DNA of 64,000 bases from a virus. A model generated the notes under the pieces. The model was not told the origin of the DNA. It searched no databases and saw only the letters and a program-made list of their open reading frames with translations. Below, piece after piece: positions 28,401 to 36,734 of the stretch (positions are counted from its first letter, which is position 1; each line of letters starts with the position of its first letter). The stretch covers positions 32,001 through 96,000 of IMG/VR virus record IMGVR_UViG_3300026189_000002. One strand, 5' to 3'. Both the position numbers and the translations under genes were made by a program.

Positions 28401-29465
28401 CACTTAGGCGGTCCAACTTTTAATGCGTATAGAACTGCTTTAGATATAGTAAAAGACAAGTCTTTTTCTGATTTTGACGTGTTATTAGTTCCATCGATAA
28501 CAAATAGAAAAATTTGCCAAGAAATATTGGATTTGGTAGAGGATAGGTTTGATTGTGTTTATATAATGGATCTGGAAAAATTAGATCAAGCAGGAAATAT
28601 TTTAGACCCCGAAATACAGCAGATTATACAAGATCGCTACGATGAGATTGCGTTAAGCAATTTAAATGAGTTTACCACGATCGTTCCTAATACGGTGCCT
28701 TTATATTCTGATGATAAAACTTTGGAAAACTTTAGAGACATTTCAGAAGATTCAAGCTTCTGTTCAGTTTTTTTTCCTGGCGCCAGATACAATAAAGAAT
28801 TTGGGGGTGTTACAGAAAATATCGCAATCCCAGGTTCTTCTTGTGCAGCCATGGTTTTAGCCAATACGCAAAAAGAAAAATCGTTAGCAGTAGCTACTAC
28901 TGGAAAAACTAACGGAAGTCTACCATTAGAATTAGCAGAAAGATCAATAGTTATAGGCCCAGATATAGAAAGATCTAGATATTCAAGTTTAGGTATTAAT
29001 TTATTTTTACCCAGCGAATCAGGATCTGGAATACACTTATCGGAAGCTAAAACCCTTATATTAAATACCTTAGGAAATAATTCAGGAAGAGATAGTAATC
29101 TATATTATCTTGCGCACAGAAGATCTATAATACACTTTAGAAGAGCGGTTAGGAATGCGTCTATGAGAACACTTTTTCAAGAAAATTCCAAAACTAATAC
29201 AACCAAACTTTTAAGAACTAGGATAAACGCGCTAGGTAGTTTAATGGTAGAAAACGACATTATAGACAGTTATTCTATAGTGTTTCCACACCCAGGAGAG
29301 TCTACCGGTTTAATTAATATAGCGGATGCTGCAACTTCCTCTCCATCTATTATCTACGGAACAGGAAATCAACTGGTAAGAGGATTAATTAATATAAAAT
29401 TAAGGTCTTCAAATATAGAAGAAGAAATAGAAGCAGAAGCTGATGACGATAATCCGAATGCATAA
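25470..29465 (+). CDS. Tail sheath protein 3 (divergent C-terminal domain)
   Basis: GPAFVP, VRILGTGDGK, LPFGFRG and GGFDG blocks shared with sheaths 1 and 2. WFAPAG, GQKT and RINVRR are degenerate. Confidence 0.85.
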   Translation: MSEFPLKHSGVTARFTTGSVNTGSSNVITGIPYCLIGTSVSGPAFVPLSFGNKEKFSQIHGDLVSDHLAQVTTDELLNLEQDVTFVRILGTGDGKPRNLDGTVTNAGFIVGENQIQNNVVIDTRPTINNNQQMDEIVETNTLLERSLGNNKFSHSPINTAEASNSHGRTYILGCFLKPYIISRVAGGGLFDLPDNSKINTFTRSGIDMSKKSAPIIRAVIMAASGVSLSVSSSIENTHNEPIDQGVTGIFGIGKDAGHQIGNVDKGPGGALQEFCLFQNGHKDASKRKLNLSFDKTNDRFFASILNRDPDRLEEEGHYLYTSYDDVYFSDAVVDNAYTNATPKAPEVQGDQELQGIEDGEYSVFCLRTNSGIGAQAQQKVLIAHDDGLNGETIIITIPANIHGQGIPAQATPITIKIKTVEAVIEDLDGLTNTIVVSIAGLQGVALARIEIAQRIKEVLNRKLDDQGNPDFLHHVHNLPAELTSSESLIKGIIAEHDPAVDTVNLILKALGNGIYGNSILIETSDESKIAAQGSTFEGGIDNQPGSSGTTSTEDYLGIPNFEKFRNRYTHPKTPFFVSQTVNGRVYDLFRLHAVSDGEHKEPIVATIKQISPSASSFQNRIENTSDRQVNVDLYGTFSLEISGSIIGDPILADNLSLDPSSPDFISRRIGDVHLYHNLDSSEKTVVAGKYPAFSNDPQTFGKIRVEVNPAIERKEIPPECLPFGFRGMPHLATAGNTDANSNGIFYLQDDCPAVIKNMLNSVTEPPFPLRDRIWVDLNSEPSVTNVSWGAATQVLGTNKNLFNNMSFTRYFPDFNTNIQNPWIVDNTSKTILGGKEINNDKFNNNGFSLEKILVPCNADEDGVKSILGTFTDGDITNPRDLPGYFWKAARYIRDGIDDGGILLNYPNKDDTRFNLSAGNSTKFLELKDLLNTGVQTLAKFSCLFYGGFDGLNIFDKQKRNMTNLALYDEQSELSHNKHLGGPTFNAYRTALDIVKDKSFSDFDVLLVPSITNRKICQEILDLVEDRFDCVYIMDLEKLDQAGNILDPEIQQIIQDRYDEIALSNLNEFTTIVPNTVPLYSDDKTLENFRDISEDSSFCSVFFPGARYNKEFGGVTENIAIPGSSCAAMVLANTQKEKSLAVATTGKTNGSLPLELAERSIVIGPDIERSRYSSLGINLFLPSESGSGIHLSEAKTLILNTLGNNSGRDSNLYYLAHRRSIIHFRRAVRNASMRTLFQENSKTNTTKLLRTRINALGSLMVENDIIDSYSIVFPHPGESTGLINIADAATSSPSIIYGTGNQLVRGLINIKLRSSNIEEEIEAEADDDNPNA

Positions 29466-29551
29466 TCTACAAATGTATAATTGAAACGAAAAGTTTTTCT
29501 TTCAGTACATATTTAATATAGAGATACTCATTGAGTTAGGAGATTTACAAA

Positions 29552-30040
29552 ATGCCAAATACTTTACCAGTATCGGACATGCTGCCAAATAAGTTTGAGC
29601 CCAAAAGAAAGTTTAGATGGGTTTTTGCTATTGAAGGTATAGACGCTTTTCTTATGAAGACAGCAAACCGTCCGACTATAAATACTGAAGAGATTACAAT
29701 TCCTTACATGAACCACACAAGGTATGTAGCTGGAAAGACTACTTTTGATACAGTTTCAGTCACTCTTCACGACCCGATTGCTCCTTCAGGCGCACAGCAG
29801 GTTATGGAATGGGTAAGAACCCACTTTGAATCTGTTTCAGGTCGAGCTGGTTATGCTGATTTTTACAAGCGCGATTGTCAATTAAAGCTTCTTGATCCTG
29901 TTGGAACCGTTGTTGAACTATGGGACCTAAAAGGAACTTTTATAACAAGCGCCGGCTTTGGAGATTTAGATTACGGTGCTAGTGATCCTACCGAAATATC
30001 TCTAACGCTACGATTTGATAACTGTATACTCCAGTATTAA
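29552..30040 (+). CDS. Tail tube protein (gp19-like)
   Basis: FEPKRKFRW...YVAGK...VMEW...YKRD..LKLLDPVG.VVE.W.LKG...LDY pattern. AGGAG SD. Confidence 0.9.
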   Translation: MPNTLPVSDMLPNKFEPKRKFRWVFAIEGIDAFLMKTANRPTINTEEITIPYMNHTRYVAGKTTFDTVSVTLHDPIAPSGAQQVMEWVRTHFESVSGRAGYADFYKRDCQLKLLDPVGTVVELWDLKGTFITSAGFGDLDYGASDPTEISLTLRFDNCILQY

Positions 30041-30134
30041 TAAAAAATTAGTTAATTTTTTCTCCCTGGTATTTACATTAGCAATAAAAAAAATTACATT
30101 TATTTGGAATATAAAATAGAAAAGGGTTTTTTTT

Positions 30135-30986
30135 ATGTCAAATGACAACAGGGAGAATAATGCTATCTTCACTGCAGATGCAGCTCAGCGAGCTGGGTTT
30201 CAGGCTAGAAATGTATTAAAAGACGATTTCGGTCTAGAAATTCCAGTAGAGTCAATTCCACTTCCTTCGGGTGGAAAAGTATACAGCGCAGACTCTGCTC
30301 TATACGGAAAAGAAAGTATAGAAATAAGAGCAATGACAGCAAAAGAGGAAGATATATTAACCTCTAGAGCTCTTATTAAAAAAGGCACTGTAATAACAGA
30401 ACTAATAAAGTCATGCTTAATAGATAAAACTATAGACGTAGACGAAATGATTGCAGGGGATAGAAATGCAATCATGACTGCTTTAAGAATTACCGGTTAC
30501 GGTTCTGAATATAATGTAGAAGTAGACTGCCCTAATTGTGGCGGTAGAAGTAAACACGATTTTCAACTATCTGAGCTTCCTATAAACTATCTAGAAAAAA
30601 ACCCAGTTGCTGAAGGCGCAAATTTATTTGAGTTTAGTCTTCCTGTTTCTAAGAAAAAAGTACATTTTAAATTTTTGAATGGCAAAGATGAGACAGAGAT
30701 AGCTGTAGCTCAAGAAAGAAGAAAAAAGCAAGGGATGAAGTCTGATAACTTAATAACAACAAGACTTCAGTATGCAATAGTTGCAGTCGAAGAAATAACC
30801 GATAAGAACAAGATAAACACTTTTATCAGAAGTATGCCTGCAAGAGATTCTTTAGCTCTTAGACGCTTTATAGATTCTACTGAGCCAGGAATAGAAATGA
30901 AAGCGTGGATGGACTGCCCCCACTGCGATGAAAGTTCGGAGGTAAATCTGCCCTTAGGGGCCTCGTTTTTTTGGCCTGAATCCTGA
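30135..30986 (+). CDS. Tail/baseplate-hub assembly chaperone (gp26-like), upstream part of a frameshifted pair
   Basis: LPSGG.VY, MTAKEEDIL, two CPxC motifs, ends FFWP. Sits between tube and tape measure. Confidence 0.85.
   Translation: MSNDNRENNAIFTADAAQRAGFQARNVLKDDFGLEIPVESIPLPSGGKVYSADSALYGKESIEIRAMTAKEEDILTSRALIKKGTVITELIKSCLIDKTIDVDEMIAGDRNAIMTALRITGYGSEYNVEVDCPNCGGRSKHDFQLSELPINYLEKNPVAEGANLFEFSLPVSKKKVHFKFLNGKDETEIAVAQERRKKQGMKSDNLITTRLQYAIVAVEEITDKNKINTFIRSMPARDSLALRRFIDSTEPGIEMKAWMDCPHCDESSEVNLPLGASFFWPES
30966..30972 (+). promoter_or_regulatory. Putative programmed frameshift site (T7 run, +1 or -2)
   Basis: TCG TTT TTT TGG in frame 0 versus TTT TTT GGC in the +1 frame. The +1 frame is open to 31236 and closed upstream by TAG at 30955. 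Confidence 0.65.
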
Positions 30987-31236
30987 GGATAAAAACATAT
31001 TTTTAGAAGCCATATTTACCTTAATGTATTATATGGGCTTTACATATAGAGAAGCTTATATGCTTCCTATATGGCAGAGAATATGGTTTATTAATAGAAT
31101 ATCTGAAGAGTTTAAGAGAGCAAACGAAAGGCAATCTCAAGCTTCAAGAGCTGCTCACGACAATACGCCCGACATGAGAGCCCTCCAGGGCAATTCCAGA
31201 AGCCATGTACCTTCTAGATTATCTAGGTTTACTTAA
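30973..31236 (+). CDS. Frameshift-accessed C-terminal extension of the tail chaperone (gp51-like)
   Basis: Reads GLNPEDKNIFLEAIFTLMYYMGFTYREAYMLPIWQRIWF. No SD before ATG 31024. Confidence 0.65.
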   Translation, partial: GLNPEDKNIFLEAIFTLMYYMGFTYREAYMLPIWQRIWFINRISEEFKRANERQSQASRAAHDNTPDMRALQGNSRSHVPSRLSRFT

Positions 31237-31301
31237 AATAATGTCTAAGGTGAACTTAGGCAATATAATAATTATTTCCATGAAGATTTTGGTAAAGTAA
31301 T

Positions 31302-34300
31302 ATGGCTGATGAAGATTTAGGAAACCAACTTAAAATTCAGCAGCAGATCAACAACGTTCTCGCTAAAAGGCAGAAAATGTTGCTTGATCAAGTCCAAACG
31401 CTTGGTGCTCAAGCCAAGATGGCTAAAGAAATATGCAAAGGTCTAGAGTGTAAAGAGCTAGACGGCATGGACGAAAGAATTAATAGTATAAATGGAGGAT
31501 TAAAAGACGTAAGAACTCGCACCGATGAACTAAACGGTGCACTAGATCAAACCGGTAAAAATGCTAATAAAGCAGCTAAAGGCATTTTTAATATGAGCAA
31601 CGCTGTTAAAGCGGCAGCTTTAGTAGGTTTCGCCGGCGGCGTAGTATCTGCTTTTAAGGGCGCATTAACTATAATAAAAAACGTTATATCCGCTGCTGTA
31701 ACTTTAGTTAAAACAATCTACAATATAGGTAAAGCCGTTGTAAGCATACCATTTCAGGTAATGGAAGGATTATCTAAAATGGCTGCCAAAACGCACGATA
31801 TGTTAATTCCCGTAAGGGAAGCAGTTCAAGACATAGTAAGAGAATTTGGCAGCTTATCTTCGAACGAAGGCAAAGCTGTAATTGGTACATTTAAAACGCT
31901 GCAGAAACAGTCTAAGACTTTAGCAAAGGCTGGAATAAGTTTAGGAAACGCTTATGGTATAGATGAGGCCGGCGCTGCAGCTAGACTAAAGGCTATGAAT
32001 GAAATGGGGAAAGCTGCAGGCGCAGGAATTCACATTTTATCAAAAGATATTAAAGAAAATTCCATTGTTCTAGACGTTATGAGAAGAACCATAGGTCTTA
32101 CAGCTGAACAGCAGGCCTTTATGGGTCTTATGGCTAAAAAGTCCGGAAAGTCAATGCTGCAAGCTCAAAAAGATTTTCACGAAGCCGCAATAGCTGCCGG
32201 CGTAGGAAGCAAGATAAGCTCAAAAGTTATCGGAAAAGCTATGGGTGAAATAATATCCGATTTCGAAGAGTTTGGAGAAATGGCCCCAGAAGCTCTTGCT
32301 AACACTGCAGCTTTTGCTTTAAAATTAGGCGTAGAAATCAAATCGTTAAAGGGGCTGCTTAAGTTTGATAATTTTGAAACAGCGGCTAAATCTGCAGCAA
32401 AACTTGCAGGAGCTTTTGGCATTAATGTTGATGCAATGAAGTTAATGAGAACTCAGGATGTTGCCGAACGCTTAAAGTACTTACAGCAACAGTTTAAAGC
32501 TTCTGGAAAAACTATAGAAGGTATGAGCCGAATTGGATTTAAAAATCTAAGTAGCGCTTTAGGCGACATGGACAGAAAGACAATAGAGTTAGCTTTTTCT
32601 AACGAAGGTCTAAATTTGTCGTACGAAAAAATAAAAAATGCAACTAAGGATAATAAGAAAGAAGGAAGAAGCACGGAGCAAATACTTTCAGATGTTGCTG
32701 ACAACTTAGGAAAAGTTGTCCATAAAATGGAGAAAGAATTTAAAGGGTTTTTTGATGCATTTAAATCCGGTTTTCTTGACGGGATTTTTAGATCTAAAGA
32801 AATGCGAGGTATGCTAGTTAATTTAGCATCTGCATTAAGACAAACTTTTTATGCCGGCAGAGAAGTAGGCTACATGTTTATGGCGCTGTTTCCAGGTGTC
32901 TCTGACATGGCCGGCGCACTAAAAGAGTTTTTTAGTCCCAAGGTAATAGGTAGATTATTATCAGGAATAAAAGATGCTTTTAGACAGCTTTTTTTAGATT
33001 TACAGGCTGACCCTAATTCAGGCTTCGAAGGTTTTATACATCGATTAAGAATAGCGTTTTCTAATTTCTTTGCTACAAATGGATACCTCTACAATATTCT
33101 TGTCGAAGGAGCACAAACAGCGCTTACTGCACTTTCTGGATTAGCAGCTCAACTAGTTGATTTTATAGTTCCTCAAATAGCTACAGGCCTAGGTCACCTT
33201 GCTGACTTTTTAAGAACTGGAAGTTTCGATACATTGAGAGCTGTAGGAGGGTGGTGGACAGATATCATGGATCCTCTCCTAACATCTCTTGAAAACAACC
33301 TTCCAATATTGGGTTCTGCCTTAGGAGATTTTTTTACAGTAGCGTGGGATTTAGCAAAACCTCACGTCATGGCCGGCCTTAAAGAATTTGGAAAGTGGCT
33401 ATTATATTACATGGGAGCCGTCATAGTCTTTAGCACAGGTAAAGCTGTAGTCAGCACTGTTTTAGCAGGCATAGTATCATCTATGCTTTTCGGCGGAGCT
33501 ATTGGCACACCTGGAATGGCTGCCGCGCAAACAGCTGAAATGAGAACAGTAATAGGCGGGCTGGCAACTATGTCAACCGGCGAGATTGCAAGAGCGTCAG
33601 CTAATCTAGCGATAATAGGCACTATACTTTTAGTAGCGCTAGGAGGAGCTGTTACTGTTATTGCGATGATGATAAAAGGAGCAAAGGTTTCTCTAGAGCA
33701 AGTCGGCTCTGCTGCCATAGCCTTAATAGGAATAACTGGATCAATTGCACTTATGGCATACGCAGCAACAGCCTTGGCTGGTATATCAGAAGGCTCAATA
33801 TTTAAGGCAACCTCCGCAATGATCGCAATTGGCGTGTTTACTGGCGTTTTAGGTTTAGCGGCTGTAGGATTAGCTAGCTTGATGAAGTGTGTTCCTATAA
33901 CTGCAGTAGCCGCGTTTGCTGGAATGATGGTAACTTTAGTAGGTTCAATAGTTGCAATAGCATTTACTGCTAAAACTCTGGGTCTAGCTTTTGCTGGACC
34001 GCAAGCATTAATAGCAGGCCCTGCTTTATTAGCTGGAATGGTAGTCTTAGGAAAAGTATCTTTGGCTGTCGTTGGCTTTGCAACAGCTTTTATACTGGCA
34101 TTTAAATCATTTAATCCAAGCGATATGGATAATGCAGTTAAAGCATCGACTGTAACATTCGATTTAATGAAAACAGTTGTAATGGTTGCAGCTGCTACTC
34201 TAGCTTCAGGAATGTCTCATGCTTTTACAGCAATAGCAGTAGGAAGAGATCCAGTTGCAGACGGCCTTAGAACTTTAGAGGGCGTAACAAAAATAATGCA

Positions 34301-36440
34301 AGACTTTTTGCCTAAAATAATAAAAAATATAGTGAAGGCACTAGAAGGAGTTAACGTAGAGGAAACAAAAGCAACAGTTCAAGCAGTAGAATCGGTAATG
34401 AATGCATTAAGCCCCATGATAAACGTCACCGCGGCTTTAGGACAAACAGCTGCCGGCTTAGCGTCTGCTCAAAGAGATAATCCAGTTGACCCTCAAGAAA
34501 TAAAAGAAGTTTTAAAAACTGTACAAGATGGAATGAGCAGCGTTTTTACAGGCGTTCAAGATGTAGTGAATACAATAGTTTCTAGTCTTACAGAACTTAC
34601 TCCTGGTCAAATAAAAGCTGCGTCTGCAGCTGCTCCTGTAATGAAAGCTACTGGCGCAATGTTAAGCGCAATTATGGGCCCAGTCAATACTGTTCTTAAA
34701 GGCGCGCGTGATATTCGCGACGGAATCAAAGAAGGCGAGACTCTTTTTATGGCCGCTGATTACGAAAGAAGAGACTACGGTATAAGCGCAGACAAAGTAA
34801 AAGACACGATGAAAGCTTTGGGCGAGACTCTTCCCGGAGTAATGAAATCCATGGGTGCTGCTGTAACGTCCATAATGGGAGCAATAAAAGAGTTTACCAT
34901 AACAGAATCAGAGGGTAAAAATATATCAAGGGTTGCTAAGATAATGAGGCCTGCCGGACAAGCTGTTTTAAACATTTCTAAAGCCATGTCGGGATTTATG
35001 GAAATGCTAAAGTCTCTGGGAGGTGAAAAATGGAATGACTACCCTGTTTTATTTGATAGCATTAACACGATGGGAATGCTTTTAACTGGAGGATCCGGCT
35101 TCTACTTAGACGAAGACGGCAACGAAAAAGCAGGAACACGCGTAACAACATCGGGGCTTTTGCCTATAATAAAAGGCATGATAACTTTCTTTGACGGAGT
35201 TACAATAACAGGAAACTTACAAACATTAAAAGCCAAATCAGAAGCTATAGCTGGAGTAGTAAGCGCAATAGGCGCAGTAACTGGAACACTAGGTGGTGCT
35301 ATAAGCACTTTATTTGGATCAAGCGCTAAAAAACACGGCATAGATTCAATGTCCGCAACGACCATAGCTAACACTGTGCTAAAAGCAAAAATGATAGTTG
35401 ATGGAATGATAGCAGCTGGATTTGGCGAAACAGGTTTCGTAAAAGATTTAATGGACAAAATATATAGTTTTGGAGACGATGCTTTTGGAAAAGGCGGTAT
35501 TAAAAAAGTAAGATTTGTTGCTAAAAAAGCAAAACTTATAGGCGAAATAATGGGCGTTATACCTACGCTGACTACCATGGTAACCTCTATAAAGACAATG
35601 CAAAAGATGATAGGCCCTAGTATTTTTGATTCCATACTAGCAGAAGCCGATCCAGAGGCTGCAGCTAATAAATTTAATAATCCTATACAGTCTCTTTGGG
35701 ATAATACAATTAGCAAGTTTTTTGGCGAGGACGGAAAAATTGGTCCTCTTGAGCTGATATTAAGTCACATGCAGCAAGTAGCTTCTATTATAAAAGAGCC
35801 TAAAAAACTATCTTCTAGAGTAAGTGCAATGTCGTCTGCTTTCGATGCTGTGGGAAGAATGTCTACTCTACTACAAAGATTTGGTTCAGATCCTCAAGAA
35901 GGAAACGGAAAGCCTCCTCCTCCAAGTGCATACACAGCCGCTCAAAAAGGAGCATCTCGATTAGCGACTATATTAAGCAACGAAAATTTTACTAAAGTAA
36001 TAAACAGGGTCAAACTTTTCGCAGGAAAAGGCGATATGTCACTTCCTAATACAACTCAGAGCAAATATACTATAGCCAGACTAAAGCATATGTCTCTAGC
36101 TTATGCAGAAATGCAAAAAGTATTAGAAGGCAAAAGCTCTGGAGACTTTTCAAAAATGGTTAACGACCCAGATTTTGCAGCTAATTTTGTAAAAAATATA
36201 AACAACATAAACAAAGTGTTTAAAGAAACCGGTGGAATACAGTCTGTCGCCGCAAAACTAAACGAAGGCGGAACTATAGAAGTAAAACACAGTTTAAGAA
36301 ATGTTCAAATGCATATTGCTGTCCACATAGATTCACAGCAATTAGTGAAAGAGTTGTATGATGTCTCGGCTATGACTGTGGGCAAAGGAAACCAAAAAGC
36401 TCAAAAGCGCAAGCTAAACTACGTTTTAGCTACTCCATAA
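31302..36440 (+). CDS. Tape measure protein
   Basis: 1712 aa, helical and Ala/Gly-rich with a central multi-TM hydrophobic region. Canonical position after tube and chaperones. Confidence 0.9.
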   Translation: MADEDLGNQLKIQQQINNVLAKRQKMLLDQVQTLGAQAKMAKEICKGLECKELDGMDERINSINGGLKDVRTRTDELNGALDQTGKNANKAAKGIFNMSNAVKAAALVGFAGGVVSAFKGALTIIKNVISAAVTLVKTIYNIGKAVVSIPFQVMEGLSKMAAKTHDMLIPVREAVQDIVREFGSLSSNEGKAVIGTFKTLQKQSKTLAKAGISLGNAYGIDEAGAAARLKAMNEMGKAAGAGIHILSKDIKENSIVLDVMRRTIGLTAEQQAFMGLMAKKSGKSMLQAQKDFHEAAIAAGVGSKISSKVIGKAMGEIISDFEEFGEMAPEALANTAAFALKLGVEIKSLKGLLKFDNFETAAKSAAKLAGAFGINVDAMKLMRTQDVAERLKYLQQQFKASGKTIEGMSRIGFKNLSSALGDMDRKTIELAFSNEGLNLSYEKIKNATKDNKKEGRSTEQILSDVADNLGKVVHKMEKEFKGFFDAFKSGFLDGIFRSKEMRGMLVNLASALRQTFYAGREVGYMFMALFPGVSDMAGALKEFFSPKVIGRLLSGIKDAFRQLFLDLQADPNSGFEGFIHRLRIAFSNFFATNGYLYNILVEGAQTALTALSGLAAQLVDFIVPQIATGLGHLADFLRTGSFDTLRAVGGWWTDIMDPLLTSLENNLPILGSALGDFFTVAWDLAKPHVMAGLKEFGKWLLYYMGAVIVFSTGKAVVSTVLAGIVSSMLFGGAIGTPGMAAAQTAEMRTVIGGLATMSTGEIARASANLAIIGTILLVALGGAVTVIAMMIKGAKVSLEQVGSAAIALIGITGSIALMAYAATALAGISEGSIFKATSAMIAIGVFTGVLGLAAVGLASLMKCVPITAVAAFAGMMVTLVGSIVAIAFTAKTLGLAFAGPQALIAGPALLAGMVVLGKVSLAVVGFATAFILAFKSFNPSDMDNAVKASTVTFDLMKTVVMVAAATLASGMSHAFTAIAVGRDPVADGLRTLEGVTKIMQDFLPKIIKNIVKALEGVNVEETKATVQAVESVMNALSPMINVTAALGQTAAGLASAQRDNPVDPQEIKEVLKTVQDGMSSVFTGVQDVVNTIVSSLTELTPGQIKAASAAAPVMKATGAMLSAIMGPVNTVLKGARDIRDGIKEGETLFMAADYERRDYGISADKVKDTMKALGETLPGVMKSMGAAVTSIMGAIKEFTITESEGKNISRVAKIMRPAGQAVLNISKAMSGFMEMLKSLGGEKWNDYPVLFDSINTMGMLLTGGSGFYLDEDGNEKAGTRVTTSGLLPIIKGMITFFDGVTITGNLQTLKAKSEAIAGVVSAIGAVTGTLGGAISTLFGSSAKKHGIDSMSATTIANTVLKAKMIVDGMIAAGFGETGFVKDLMDKIYSFGDDAFGKGGIKKVRFVAKKAKLIGEIMGVIPTLTTMVTSIKTMQKMIGPSIFDSILAEADPEAAANKFNNPIQSLWDNTISKFFGEDGKIGPLELILSHMQQVASIIKEPKKLSSRVSAMSSAFDAVGRMSTLLQRFGSDPQEGNGKPPPPSAYTAAQKGASRLATILSNENFTKVINRVKLFAGKGDMSLPNTTQSKYTIARLKHMSLAYAEMQKVLEGKSSGDFSKMVNDPDFAANFVKNINNINKVFKETGGIQSVAAKLNEGGTIEVKHSLRNVQMHIAVHIDSQQLVKELYDVSAMTVGKGNQKAQKRKLNYVLATP

Positions 36441-36461
36441 TTTAAAGAAAGGTTTTATGTC

Positions 36462-36734
36462 ATGGTAGATAAAAATGAAATGTATAAACTTCAAGCTTTA
36501 GCAGAATGGAAAAGGCAGCTTGAAAACAACGAAGGCATTCCTGCAATGTATAGAAAAATGTTTCCGGAAAATACAGAATTTTGGGATAAGATAATAGAAA
36601 AGTATGTAAAAGAAGTAGCTTGGCTTGGTTTTTCTGCCAAAGATAATTTTTCTGGAGTAACAGAAAAAGATATCGAGAAAACAGTAAACGATTTAAAAAA
36701 TAGGCCCAGCGGTTATAAAGAAGATAAAAAATGA
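36462..36734 (+). CDS. Hypothetical protein
   Basis: 90-aa ORF with AAGG SD, overlapping the next start. Confidence 0.55.
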   Translation: MVDKNEMYKLQALAEWKRQLENNEGIPAMYRKMFPENTEFWDKIIEKYVKEVAWLGFSAKDNFSGVTEKDIEKTVNDLKNRPSGYKEDKK

